Source: an uncultured Candidatus Poseidoniales archaeon (GTDB lineage: Archaea > Thermoplasmatota > Poseidoniia > Poseidoniales > Poseidoniaceae). Taken from it: DNA of 64,000 bases. Positions 19,637-31,123 of this stretch are shown one piece after another. The position numbers and the translations under genes were made by a program. The notes beneath the pieces are model-generated. The model had not been told where the DNA came from. It was given only the letters and a program-made list of their open reading frames with translations, and made no database searches. Location: assembly GCA_902520595.1 (NCBI GenBank), contig CABYOM010000001.1, positions 528 through 64,527 of the forward strand, in the 5' to 3' direction. Each line of letters opens with the position of its first letter. Position 1 is the stretch's first letter.

Positions 19637-20473
19637 ATGAACAAAAACAAAGGGTCTGAGAAAAAGCCTCATCCACCCAAACAAATCTTGCTTGGGGAAT
19701 CAGACCATGAATCGGACACAAAACTCACGCAAAAAAATTCAATTTGGTCGAAGATTCTGACTAAAGAGGCGGGTTTTATCTTTCTTCCCGCACTGATTCT
19801 GATTGCGATTTTTGCGGGGATAGAAGCAGAGGAAGGTGGTGGGATGAAATGTAGCGCTCATGGGAACTGGAGCCAAGCAGAGAATCCGATTGAAATTAAA
19901 GGAAGAGAATATTCAGTTTATTCCGTTGATAAAGACGATTTTAGGATGATTTCCGCAGCATACATTCCTCCAGGGACAGATCGAACGTGTGATGTTTTCA
20001 CTGATTGGAATCTTAAAAATAACGATGGTTTTCACATCCAAGTCGATGTTGATATTTACGGAGAAATACACGAACATTGTGAAGATGGCGCTCACAGATG
20101 TGAAGTAGCAGTACGTCAAGGTGGGCAGGAATGGATTGAACTCAATCCACGCGATTCAAACCAAGTTGGTGCATATTTTGCATACGATGATAGAGGTTTT
20201 CTAGAGGGGGGACAGATTTCCGTAGCAGTTGATAGTGAAAATAGGTTAGGGGGGATTGAAGTAACCGTCGGTAAAAGTACAGAATTCCTCTTCTGGTTTT
20301 CATTCCTTATCGTACCTGTCGGCGGAACTGTAGGCTTTTTCCTTGCAAAAAGAACTGGATATGACAACTTCAACCAAGGTATTGTATCCTCTATCAAAGT
20401 CCTCCTGAGAATTGGTTTAGTTGGCTTGATAGGATTCGTTGGTCTGTTATTCCTTATTTTGATGACTTGGTAA
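19637..20473 (+). CDS. Hypothetical membrane-anchored protein
   Basis: 278-aa ORF with one N-terminal and 2-3 C-terminal hydrophobic helices. No family recognised. Confidence 0.45.
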   Translation: MNKNKGSEKKPHPPKQILLGESDHESDTKLTQKNSIWSKILTKEAGFIFLPALILIAIFAGIEAEEGGGMKCSAHGNWSQAENPIEIKGREYSVYSVDKDDFRMISAAYIPPGTDRTCDVFTDWNLKNNDGFHIQVDVDIYGEIHEHCEDGAHRCEVAVRQGGQEWIELNPRDSNQVGAYFAYDDRGFLEGGQISVAVDSENRLGGIEVTVGKSTEFLFWFSFLIVPVGGTVGFFLAKRTGYDNFNQGIVSSIKVLLRIGLVGLIGFVGLLFLILMTW

Positions 20474-20484
20474 CAAACGCCACT

Positions 20485-22953
20485 TCAATTCGAGAGGTCC
20501 TTGATTTTCTCAATCAAGTCCATTCGGCGGAGTCGCCAAACTCCGAATGGGGTCATTGCGACTGCAATGAGTATCACACCGCTCATCAGTTGCCAAGCCA
20601 CGCTTGGAACAATGGTGACGGGCACAAAGAACTGCCAGGAAGAGAACGAGGCCGCTAGTCCGACTGCGCCACCGTATGCAAACAAAACGCCGACTATACC
20701 GCCAATAATGCCAATCAGCAGACTCTCAAAGAGAAGCATCAAGCCAAGGCTACGGGTTGATGCGCCCAATACTCGTAAAGTAGCCAATTCAAAGTCACGT
20801 TCTGCTACATTCATGATCATGGTGTTGAACATCACAACAATGGTGAACAGAAGTCCAAGATACATCATGGTCTGAAAAATCTGAGTTTGCTGGTCAAGCA
20901 GGCTGTTGATGCCATCGAGCAAAGTTTGCCGCTGAACAACACCTGTAGAGACTTCACCCAAAGCTGAATCAACTTCGACACCTTCTGGTAATTCCAGATA
21001 AATCGAAGTCGAATTAACGCCAAGAATTTCGCTCAAATCACCGCGAACGAAATACATCGTACGGGCAAGTTCAGCAGCCGCAGTTCCAACGATTTCAACT
21101 TCGTGTGGTGCACCGTTAATGTGTACAGATTGCTGGTCTCCAACATTCCATCCCAGGAATCGCATACTGCCTTCTTCCATCAAGACCTGAGTAACAGCCA
21201 TATTCCCAGAAGGTGCGTTTCCATCCAAAAGAGAGACTGCACGCATGCCACTTTCGAATGAGTCAAGACCTACAAGAGTGAATGTTCGCTCGATATCTTC
21301 AGCATCGGCAACTGAACCAAGAGGCATTTCGATGAGCATTTCATAGTTGACAGAATTATTCTCTGCCCAATCAATAACCGGTTGTTCCCCATCCGGCATA
21401 ATGTAGACTTGTGCATCCCAAAATTGGTCATCTTCAAGACCGCCAACCATTGTCTCTTGCAAGCCTGCAGACATCATTTGAATTGAACCAAACAGCATCA
21501 AAGAAATACCAACGGCAACAAAGGTCATCGTAAGTCGGATTGGTTTTCGAACGCTTGAGCGAATGGACAATCCAAGTGTCGTAGGCATCCATGATGTGAG
21601 GTTACGAAGGAGGTTGGAGCCAACTCGCATTTCATTTTGCCCACTTAACACTTCAAGTGGGTCGAGACGACTTGCTTTCCATGCTGGGAACGCACCAGAA
21701 AGGAACACAACAAACATTGTAGAACCAATGACGGTAAGATAAATTGATGACGGAATTGTACGCACAATGATTGGCATTCCGATAAGATCTTGATAGAAAT
21801 CCAGCATTCCATTCATGCCCCATGGTCCCGCTAAAGCACCCAGTGTACAACCGATGCCGCCAATTGCAATTGGGGCAATGAGATAGCCGGTCATGAGCGA
21901 TGAGCGTTCGACTCCAAGAGTCCTCAAGACCGCTATTTCCTTGGATTGACTTTGCACCAAACGTTGTAAACTCAAAACGATGGTAATGGACGCAATTGAG
22001 GCAATCATCACGGTGAAAGGAACGGTTGTTCGCTTGGTCCCTTCCAAATCTTGTCGCATGACTTCAACCGGCTCATTCTGTCCACGGTCTCGAACGCGTG
22101 CATCCAATTCATTGGCAGAGAGTGAAGTATCGACAATTCCTTTCAACACATCTATTTCTTCACCTTCATACTCTGAAGTGTCTGGTAAATCATAGGATGG
22201 TGTTCCTTCAACATCCAAAACAATCGTGTTACTTGTTCCGACTGCATTACCTGTGAGTCGAGCCATTCCTGTATCAGAAAGGTAGCCGACAACATATTGT
22301 CCAGATTCTGGAGGAAACAACGTTCCTTCAGGCGCCATAATGACATGAAGGGGGTGATAGCCAGTTCCAACGACAGTGAAGGATGCGCTCTCATTTCCAG
22401 CACCGATGTTCACCGTATCTCCAATCTCAATTTCAAGGGCTTCAGTAACGTGAGCATCGATGACAATTTCATCAGCAGTAACCGCAGTTCGACCTGTCGA
22501 ATGCCCTTCAGGCATCCACACACGGTCAGCATTCGCATCTGCCGGAATACCGTGCCAAAAAGAATTGATAATGTGTTCACCGGTATCGTTGGTATGGAAC
22601 ATCGCACCTTGTGTAACAGTGCGCCCTTCACATGATACAAGAGAAAGAGATGCGGCTGAGTCTGAGTCCATTTCTGACATCAAAGAATCGCAGAAAGCAT
22701 TGACTTGTTCAGGGCTCCAAGTTGCACTGCGATTGTCAATCCAAAGATCTGCCAAATTCGAACCGCCGTCTTCATCGGCTTGCATGGTGTCATACATGCC
22801 ACCGAGATTGTGTGCATAACCACCAAAAGTAATACCAGCGAAGACGCCGACAAACACCATCAAAACAACGGCAATAAGCCGAAGTTTTGTACGCCAAAGG
22901 CTTCGTGCCAAGCGCTTATTCAGTAGATTTGACACCCTGAGACCTCCAATCAC
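20485..22953 (-). CDS. ABC transporter permease, FtsX/MacB-type (duplicated)
   Basis: 822 aa with two FtsX-like 4-TM blocks separated by large extracytoplasmic domains. 4-nt overlap with the upstream ATPase gene. Confidence 0.8.
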   Translation of the reverse strand: MIGGLRVSNLLNKRLARSLWRTKLRLIAVVLMVFVGVFAGITFGGYAHNLGGMYDTMQADEDGGSNLADLWIDNRSATWSPEQVNAFCDSLMSEMDSDSAASLSLVSCEGRTVTQGAMFHTNDTGEHIINSFWHGIPADANADRVWMPEGHSTGRTAVTADEIVIDAHVTEALEIEIGDTVNIGAGNESASFTVVGTGYHPLHVIMAPEGTLFPPESGQYVVGYLSDTGMARLTGNAVGTSNTIVLDVEGTPSYDLPDTSEYEGEEIDVLKGIVDTSLSANELDARVRDRGQNEPVEVMRQDLEGTKRTTVPFTVMIASIASITIVLSLQRLVQSQSKEIAVLRTLGVERSSLMTGYLIAPIAIGGIGCTLGALAGPWGMNGMLDFYQDLIGMPIIVRTIPSSIYLTVIGSTMFVVFLSGAFPAWKASRLDPLEVLSGQNEMRVGSNLLRNLTSWMPTTLGLSIRSSVRKPIRLTMTFVAVGISLMLFGSIQMMSAGLQETMVGGLEDDQFWDAQVYIMPDGEQPVIDWAENNSVNYEMLIEMPLGSVADAEDIERTFTLVGLDSFESGMRAVSLLDGNAPSGNMAVTQVLMEEGSMRFLGWNVGDQQSVHINGAPHEVEIVGTAAAELARTMYFVRGDLSEILGVNSTSIYLELPEGVEVDSALGEVSTGVVQRQTLLDGINSLLDQQTQIFQTMMYLGLLFTIVVMFNTMIMNVAERDFELATLRVLGASTRSLGLMLLFESLLIGIIGGIVGVLFAYGGAVGLAASFSSWQFFVPVTIVPSVAWQLMSGVILIAVAMTPFGVWRLRRMDLIEKIKDLSN

Positions 22954-23645
22954 ACTTCTTCATCTGAACTGTCAATCTTTTCATCCGAGATGATTTTACC
23001 ACTGTCGATTCGAATAACTCGGGTTGCATACTTGACTAACCCTTCATCGTGAGTGACAAATACCGCGGTGATGTTCTCTTGCTTGCAAGCGTGAACCAAA
23101 GCCTCCATGACTTTGTTTGAAGTTTCAGTATCAAGATTTCCTGTCAATTCATCCCCAAGAAGAAGGGTTGGGCGCTTCGCTATACTTCGGGCAATCGCTA
23201 CGCGCTGTTGCTGACCGCCACTGATTTCACCAGGGAAACGGTTCACTTCAGCTTCTAATCCTACAAGTTTGAGTAATTCTTTGGCTCGTTCAGCATCTTT
23301 CTTACCAGCCAATTCTTGGATAAGAAGGATGTTTTCAAGAACAGAAAGGTCTTGCAGGAGATTAAAAAATTGGAAGACATATCCGATGTTTTCTCTGCGG
23401 AAAGAGGTCATTTTTTCAGAATGCTTTCGAGGTACTTCTGCGTCTTGGAAGATGTAGTTGCCGTCGGTCGGACTGTCAAGGGCCGACAGACAATTCAGAA
23501 GAGTGGTTTTACCAGAACCTGAAGGTCCCAAAAGTATGACTCGCTCACCTTCATGAATCTCCAAGTCAATTCCATCGAGTGCTTTGACGACTCCTGCTGG
23601 AGTCTCATAGTGGCGTTTTAATCCGGTCATACTGAGCAATGTCAT
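22950..23645 (-). CDS. ABC transporter ATP-binding protein (MacB/LolD type)
   Basis: Walker A 'GPSGSGKTTL', signature 'ISGGQQQRVAIAR' and Walker B 'LLLGDE'. The start is taken at 'MTLLSMTGL' behind a purine-rich RBS; the ORF track extends to 23717. Confidence 0.88.
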   Translation of the reverse strand: MTLLSMTGLKRHYETPAGVVKALDGIDLEIHEGERVILLGPSGSGKTTLLNCLSALDSPTDGNYIFQDAEVPRKHSEKMTSFRRENIGYVFQFFNLLQDLSVLENILLIQELAGKKDAERAKELLKLVGLEAEVNRFPGEISGGQQQRVAIARSIAKRPTLLLGDELTGNLDTETSNKVMEALVHACKQENITAVFVTHDEGLVKYATRVIRIDSGKIISDEKIDSSDEEV

Positions 23646-23788
23646 TTCTTCACCTTCTGAATTTGAGCCAATACGAATGTGCATGTGCATACCAATCGAG
23701 GCTGATGGTATCCGCAATTAGAGGCCCGATATATACTTGACCTCGTTTTGTCTTTTTACCCGAATCTTGAGGGCTCAAGAAGGAGTTT

Positions 23789-24256
23789 TCAAAGTGATGA
23801 TGCAAAGGCTACGACTGCGTCGTAATCTGGCTCAACGCCAGGATTTTCTGCAACCCAGCGATGTTGGACAACACCGTTTGAATCGACAACGATAACCACT
23901 CGGTTCGCACTCATGTAGCCTTCAATACCGCCAAGGCCGACGAATGAAGCGTCGTATGCTTTGACAACATCTCGGTCGATGTCTGAAAGTAATGCAAACT
24001 CAAGGTTGTATTTACGAGCGAACTCAGCGTTGGCCCAAGGTGAGTCTACACTGATACCAAGAACAGTTGCATTGGCGCCGTTCAGCTTGCCAAGATTCTC
24101 TTGGAATGCACACATTTCCTTGTCACAAACGCCGGTAAAAGCGCCTGGATAAAAAGCGAGAATCACGGTTTGGCCGCTGTAGTCAGCAAGGCTAACGTCA
24201 TTCTTCTCTGTGTTCTTTAGGGTAAAGGCTGGGGCAGTGTCTCCAATATTGACCAT
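23789..24256 (-). CDS. Peroxiredoxin (AhpC/TSA, Bcp/AhpE-like)
   Basis: 'AFYPGAFTGVCDKEMC' peroxidatic Cys motif. The start at 'MVNIGDTAPAF' avoids overlap with katG. Confidence 0.8.
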   Translation of the reverse strand: MVNIGDTAPAFTLKNTEKNDVSLADYSGQTVILAFYPGAFTGVCDKEMCAFQENLGKLNGANATVLGISVDSPWANAEFARKYNLEFALLSDIDRDVVKAYDASFVGLGGIEGYMSANRVVIVVDSNGVVQHRWVAENPGVEPDYDAVVAFASSL

Positions 24257-24296
24257 AGTGGTCCCAATCAGCACCGGCGTATATCCGTTTCGCAGT

Positions 24297-26486
<2,190 letters not shown>

Positions 26487-26536
26487 TCAAGGTGAAGGTT
26501 TTCCTCGTTGATTGAATAGTTGGGGAAAACAACGGT

Positions 26537-27055
26537 TTACTTTTTTCGAGTCCAGTCTTTGTGTAAAATATGCGCAGGTATCGGAGGGGCTTCATCTTCA
26601 AGAGACATGACCTGTTCTGCAAGCCATTCCATCCACTCAAAATAACTCTGACGATTGTTCGTATTCCGCCAATCAGTGATGACTCTCTTCGTTTTTAGGA
26701 AGGTTACTACGAGTGCTCCTGCAAAATAATCATACATCAAATCCCAATCTAATTCCTCTCTATAAATCATCGCTCCGATGCTTTCCCATGTAGTCATAAG
26801 CGTGACAATGTCTTTCATATCTTCTCCGTGAAACTTCTCAAATTCTTCAGCCGACATGTTTTCCGGTGAGTTAAACACGACATGCATCCCGTATGCGAAA
26901 GTGGCAGAGTGATAAACTTCCGTTAATTTGAATGCTGCAGCACTTTCCCGGTCTTTACGCAGTTGATCGATTTGATACCAACTGAAAAGAAAAGCCCCTA
27001 GAATGGTAAGGAGACCAAAGACCTCAGCATATTGTGAAGCTGTTTCTAGATTCAT
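26537..27055 (-). CDS. Hypothetical protein with N-terminal TM helix
   Basis: 172-aa ORF with TM 'VFGLLTILGAFLFSWY'. No family recognised. Confidence 0.45.
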   Translation of the reverse strand: MNLETASQYAEVFGLLTILGAFLFSWYQIDQLRKDRESAAAFKLTEVYHSATFAYGMHVVFNSPENMSAEEFEKFHGEDMKDIVTLMTTWESIGAMIYREELDWDLMYDYFAGALVVTFLKTKRVITDWRNTNNRQSYFEWMEWLAEQVMSLEDEAPPIPAHILHKDWTRKK

Positions 27056-27128
27056 AGGGCGACTAATGTAAGAAACAACATAGAGATTGTGTCAGCAGAT
27101 TGAAGAGAACGGGGTTCTTGGGATATTT

Positions 27129-28325
27129 ATGGCCAAGCCGCAGAAGAGTGATTTGGCTCACAATTGGACACTTGATGAATCGTGTGTTTTCCTTAACCAC
27201 GGTTCTTTTGGTGCGTCACCAAAGTTCGTGATGAAAGAACTGCGAAAGTGGCAAGACATTCTTGAAAACGAACCAGTTCGTTTCTATGAAAAAATTGCCC
27301 CGGATGCCATGCTTAATGCGCGTATCTCTCTCGCTAAAATGCTGGTTTGTGACCCAGAGGATTTAGCATTGGTTGAGAATGCAACCTCTGGAGTGAATAC
27401 GATTCTTCGTTCACTTGAATTCTCGGCAGGTGATGAAATTCTCGTACCCGACCATGCCTATCAAGCCTGTCAGAATGCCATTGATTATGTTACAACAAGA
27501 TGGGGCGCAAAAGTGGTCACCTGTCGTATTCCTTTTCCACTTGAACATGCTGATGCCGCCTATGATGCGGTCATGTCTCAAGTGACTGACAAAACAGTAC
27601 TTGCTCTCATCGATACGGTTACCAGCCCGACTGGATTATTGATGCCTTTTGAGAGAATTGTTCACGATTTAGAAGCAAAAGGCGTTCATGTGATGTTGGA
27701 TGCAGCACATGGTGTTGGAATGATTCCTCTTCACCTCGACCAACTCGGTGCTTCGTTTACCACAAGCAATTGTCACAAGTGGTTATGCGCTCCAAAAGGG
27801 ACTGCTTTCTTGCATGTTCGCAAGGACCTTCAAGCCAAAATCCACCCACTTACCATCAGTCATGGAATGACGTTTCCACTTGGAGATACAACTCGATTTA
27901 GACATGAATTTGACTGGACGGGAACGCGTGACTTCTCAGGACATTGCTCAATTCCAGTCGCCATAGAAGGAATGGCAGCAATGGTTGAAGGCGGATGGCC
28001 GGCAATAATGAAGCAAAACCATGACCTTGCTATTCAGGGGAGAAACATTCTGTGTGAACGTCTCGGCATTAGCCAGCCATGCCCTGATGACATGATTACC
28101 TGTATCGCAACCTTGCCACTACCCGGTGATTCAAGCGGAGGAATTCCGTTGCATGATTCAGATCCGCTTCATGAAGTGCTTTTAGAAAAATACGGCATCC
28201 AAATCCCCGTATGGACTTGGGAGTCGCCCAAGGGCCGTTACATTCGAATCTCTGCACAACTCTACAATCACGTCGATGAATACCACTATCTGGCAGATGC
28301 GCTTGCTACCGAGTTAAATCTCTAA
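27129..28325 (+). CDS. Class-V (PLP-dependent) aminotransferase / isopenicillin-N-epimerase-like
   Basis: 'FLNHGSFG', 'DAAHGVG' and the PLP-lysine context 'SNCHKWLCAPKGTAFL'. Confidence 0.75.
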   Translation: MAKPQKSDLAHNWTLDESCVFLNHGSFGASPKFVMKELRKWQDILENEPVRFYEKIAPDAMLNARISLAKMLVCDPEDLALVENATSGVNTILRSLEFSAGDEILVPDHAYQACQNAIDYVTTRWGAKVVTCRIPFPLEHADAAYDAVMSQVTDKTVLALIDTVTSPTGLLMPFERIVHDLEAKGVHVMLDAAHGVGMIPLHLDQLGASFTTSNCHKWLCAPKGTAFLHVRKDLQAKIHPLTISHGMTFPLGDTTRFRHEFDWTGTRDFSGHCSIPVAIEGMAAMVEGGWPAIMKQNHDLAIQGRNILCERLGISQPCPDDMITCIATLPLPGDSSGGIPLHDSDPLHEVLLEKYGIQIPVWTWESPKGRYIRISAQLYNHVDEYHYLADALATELNL

Positions 28326-28356
28326 CAGGAACGGTTATTAGAATCCTGAAAGAGTG

Positions 28357-31062
28357 ATGTTTGTGGTCCGAATCATTCAGCCTGCTGGGAAATCAGGAGC
28401 TCCTCTCGTTCGAATCGGACTTCTGGAAAATGTTGAGGAAGTCATTCTGCTCTGCTCGCCTGAATCGATGAATGATGAAGAGTTCGAGCGTATACAATCG
28501 GTCGCCAAAGAACTTGGGTCGAAAGCCAAATACACTCGCGAAATTATTCCAATCCTCGGAGTTACAGTTCCTGAAATTCTCGACAGATTGACTGAGGTTA
28601 AAGAAAAAATTAATCACGGGAGAATCGATGCAAAAATGCAGCCAACTAATTTCCTAAAAAAAATTATCCACTTAAGAACCAAATTTTTTAACAAAAAAAA
28701 ATCCACTGGAAACAAGACACTTGTTTCGACAAATGGTAGCACCCTCTTATTCGGCAATTGTATTTTATCAGTGTTTTCGGAATGCGAAACACTTACCATG
28801 AATTGGAAAGATTCTACATATTTTTTGTCACGCGGTGTTACAAAAAAAATGCCACCTATGTCTGAGGACTTTGTTTGGAAAATATTTGGTCTTCAACACA
28901 GAATTAAAGAAGGCAAGAGTCAGATTCTATCGGATGGAAGAATCATTGCACAACCATCAAGCGTTTCGCTTCGAGGTGAAAAAATTTATTTCGAATGGGA
29001 TAATGAGCCTTCGGACAATTATGATGCAGCAGAGGGAGCGAAAATAATTGCAAGTGAAATGCGAGCATTGTGTAGAATAAATGCCCCAACAAAATATGAT
29101 TTTGTAGTCAGGGGTTCTACAAAGTTTGATTACTTTGACAGGTATACAATTAACACAAATAAACCAGTTCAACCAAACAGCATGTTCAAACCAGCATCAA
29201 ACGAATTTTTTTCAACTATTCAAATGCCCAAATTTCCGCATGGTAAAGCCGCTTCAAATACATCTTGTCTTCACATTATCGTCAATGAAAGAGACATTAC
29301 TCCAACTGCGTTTTCAATAATGTTACACAAGCCTGACCATGTCGTACTTTGGGTGCTAAATACTGCAATGAATGACCAAAAACGTGCAGAATTTGAAGGA
29401 AAAATAACTGTTTTGGTTCATTACTTGACTGGCGAAATTATTCCTAAACTCAAAGATGCCATCAAACCGGTGGGGAGTGGCAAGGCATCAGAATTTCTCG
29501 AACAAAACCCTCCACCTAAGATGGATATTGAGTTTCACATGGTCAGTCTCCAGGAACTAGGAGATTCACAAGTAATCTTGCCACAAATTCCACCAGTAGA
29601 GAAGATATTGGTGGAATTGAACTCAGGTTTTCTCGGACTTCAAGACCAAATGATGAAAACTTTATCCAATGCAAATACAGACTTTGAACGATGGATTACA
29701 GATTCTAACAAATTTGAAGCAGTCCGGATTTCGGATATTGGTGGGAAAATAAAGGGCGGAAATCACCCTAATTTATCGAGATTATTGTTGCGGAAAAGAA
29801 TACCATTTGGAGGAACTATACTTTCGAATAAAGAAGATTATCTCCGTAAATTAGGGATTGTGCTGCCTATTCTTCTCAAAAATAAGAGGTTCGAAAATGG
29901 CCTTTGGAGGCCAAAAGGTGGATTATTCGTTAATGAAAATGGGAATAATATTGAAGTGAAAGGCAAGAAGTTTCGTCCAAGATCAATAGTAATATCTTCA
30001 AACTCATATTTTGAAGTGAGACTCGACAATGAAGAGTACTTTTTGACCTTCGGAAAGAGTAACCATATGGTTGGAATATGGTTAGAAGAACTCGCTGCTT
30101 ACCTCATTCATTTCTATTGGAAAAGTCATTTTTCAGTGTATGGAATGGAATCCAAACTAATTGCAGGAAATTGGATGCTAGGTACCTCGGATGATGTTGA
30201 CATTTACTGTATTACAGATTTTGGTGAAGTCATTGGCGAGGCAAAGGCCATTTCTAGGCTAGATTCCTCGAGAATTTCACCAATAATTGGCCAACTTTCA
30301 GGTGAAACCTTTGTTGTAGGTACTCGACATGGGCAAATGCCTATGCTAGTTATTGCTACTGATTCGTCTCCATTCGACGAGATAGCTAATCGAGAAGGGG
30401 TCGTCATATGCAGTTGGTGGGAACTTCAGTATCCTGAACGAATCATGCATCGATTCAAAACTGGCAGACGTAGTGAAGAAGAGTTGGCCGAAATAGCGGC
30501 TTTGAATGTGAAAGTTGCTGCTGCTAAAGAAGAGGCTGAAAAGAAAGCAAAAAAAGAAGCTGAAAAGAAAGCAAAAAAAGAAGCTGAAAAGAAATTCAAA
30601 AGGCCTGCTTTCGTTCTCCCTTTGTTTTGGAAACATATGCCTGATCAAGCAAGCTTTTTGGAAAAACCCATCGAAGAACAGAAGAGGCTATCAAATGAAA
30701 ACAAGGAAGAACGCCGCAAAAACAAGGTATATTCGCCGGAAGTTCAACAAAATACTTTGTTTGCTGGAACTGTGAATTATAAACAGTTCAAACTACTCGA
30801 CGATGGCCCTAAAAAAACTATTTCTATTTCTGGAGTTGAAGAACTCAAGGAGGCTGTCATCGCAATCGCAAAACCAAAACATAAAACCCTATTTGGAAAG
30901 ACAGGCGATGCAGTTACAGAACGTGAAGAGGCGAATGGTTACGATATCCGAGTGGTTGATATCTCTCTAAAACCAGAAACTTTGGCTACTGATGAAAACA
31001 TTACAGCATACCTTCTCGACTGCTACCCAATTCTTTCAGAAGATGAAAAAGAAGAATCATGA
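28357..31062 (+). CDS. Two-CARF-like + PD-(D/E)xK nuclease protein (Can1/Can2/Card1-like) with K/E-repeat C-terminal tail
   Basis: Two Rossmann-like units resemble Card1/Can2 CARF domains. The first has 'VVRIIQPAGKSGAPL...VEEVILLCSPES...LVSTNGSTLLFG'; the second has 'CLHIIVNERDITP...DHVVLWVLNT...ILVELNSGFLGLQDQMM'. They are followed by 'GIWLEELAAYLIHFY...GTSDDVDIYCITDFGEVIGEAKA' (D...ExK). Motif-level call only. Confidence 0.5.
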   Translation: MFVVRIIQPAGKSGAPLVRIGLLENVEEVILLCSPESMNDEEFERIQSVAKELGSKAKYTREIIPILGVTVPEILDRLTEVKEKINHGRIDAKMQPTNFLKKIIHLRTKFFNKKKSTGNKTLVSTNGSTLLFGNCILSVFSECETLTMNWKDSTYFLSRGVTKKMPPMSEDFVWKIFGLQHRIKEGKSQILSDGRIIAQPSSVSLRGEKIYFEWDNEPSDNYDAAEGAKIIASEMRALCRINAPTKYDFVVRGSTKFDYFDRYTINTNKPVQPNSMFKPASNEFFSTIQMPKFPHGKAASNTSCLHIIVNERDITPTAFSIMLHKPDHVVLWVLNTAMNDQKRAEFEGKITVLVHYLTGEIIPKLKDAIKPVGSGKASEFLEQNPPPKMDIEFHMVSLQELGDSQVILPQIPPVEKILVELNSGFLGLQDQMMKTLSNANTDFERWITDSNKFEAVRISDIGGKIKGGNHPNLSRLLLRKRIPFGGTILSNKEDYLRKLGIVLPILLKNKRFENGLWRPKGGLFVNENGNNIEVKGKKFRPRSIVISSNSYFEVRLDNEEYFLTFGKSNHMVGIWLEELAAYLIHFYWKSHFSVYGMESKLIAGNWMLGTSDDVDIYCITDFGEVIGEAKAISRLDSSRISPIIGQLSGETFVVGTRHGQMPMLVIATDSSPFDEIANREGVVICSWWELQYPERIMHRFKTGRRSEEELAEIAALNVKVAAAKEEAEKKAKKEAEKKAKKEAEKKFKRPAFVLPLFWKHMPDQASFLEKPIEEQKRLSNENKEERRKNKVYSPEVQQNTLFAGTVNYKQFKLLDDGPKKTISISGVEELKEAVIAIAKPKHKTLFGKTGDAVTEREEANGYDIRVVDISLKPETLATDENITAYLLDCYPILSEDEKEES
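30532..30594 (+). repeat. In-frame 24-bp tandem repeat (about 2.6 copies) encoding (EAEKKAKK)n
   Basis: gaggctgaaaagaaagcaaaaaaa / gaagctgaaaagaaagcaaaaaaa / gaagctgaaaagaaa, read directly from the sequence. Confidence 0.9.
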
Positions 31063-31123
31063 ATTGGATTTATTCTACTCCCGAGTTTTCTTTAATGCAA
31101 ATAGAGGTCACCAATGATGACGT

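Noticed and set aside
30532-30594. 24-bp tandem repeat considered as a possible CRISPR-like or regulatory array
   Set aside because: It has no spacers, only ~2.6 contiguous copies, and it is in frame inside a long ORF encoding (EAEKKAKK)n. It is a coding low-complexity repeat. I found no CRISPR array anywhere in the window by eye.
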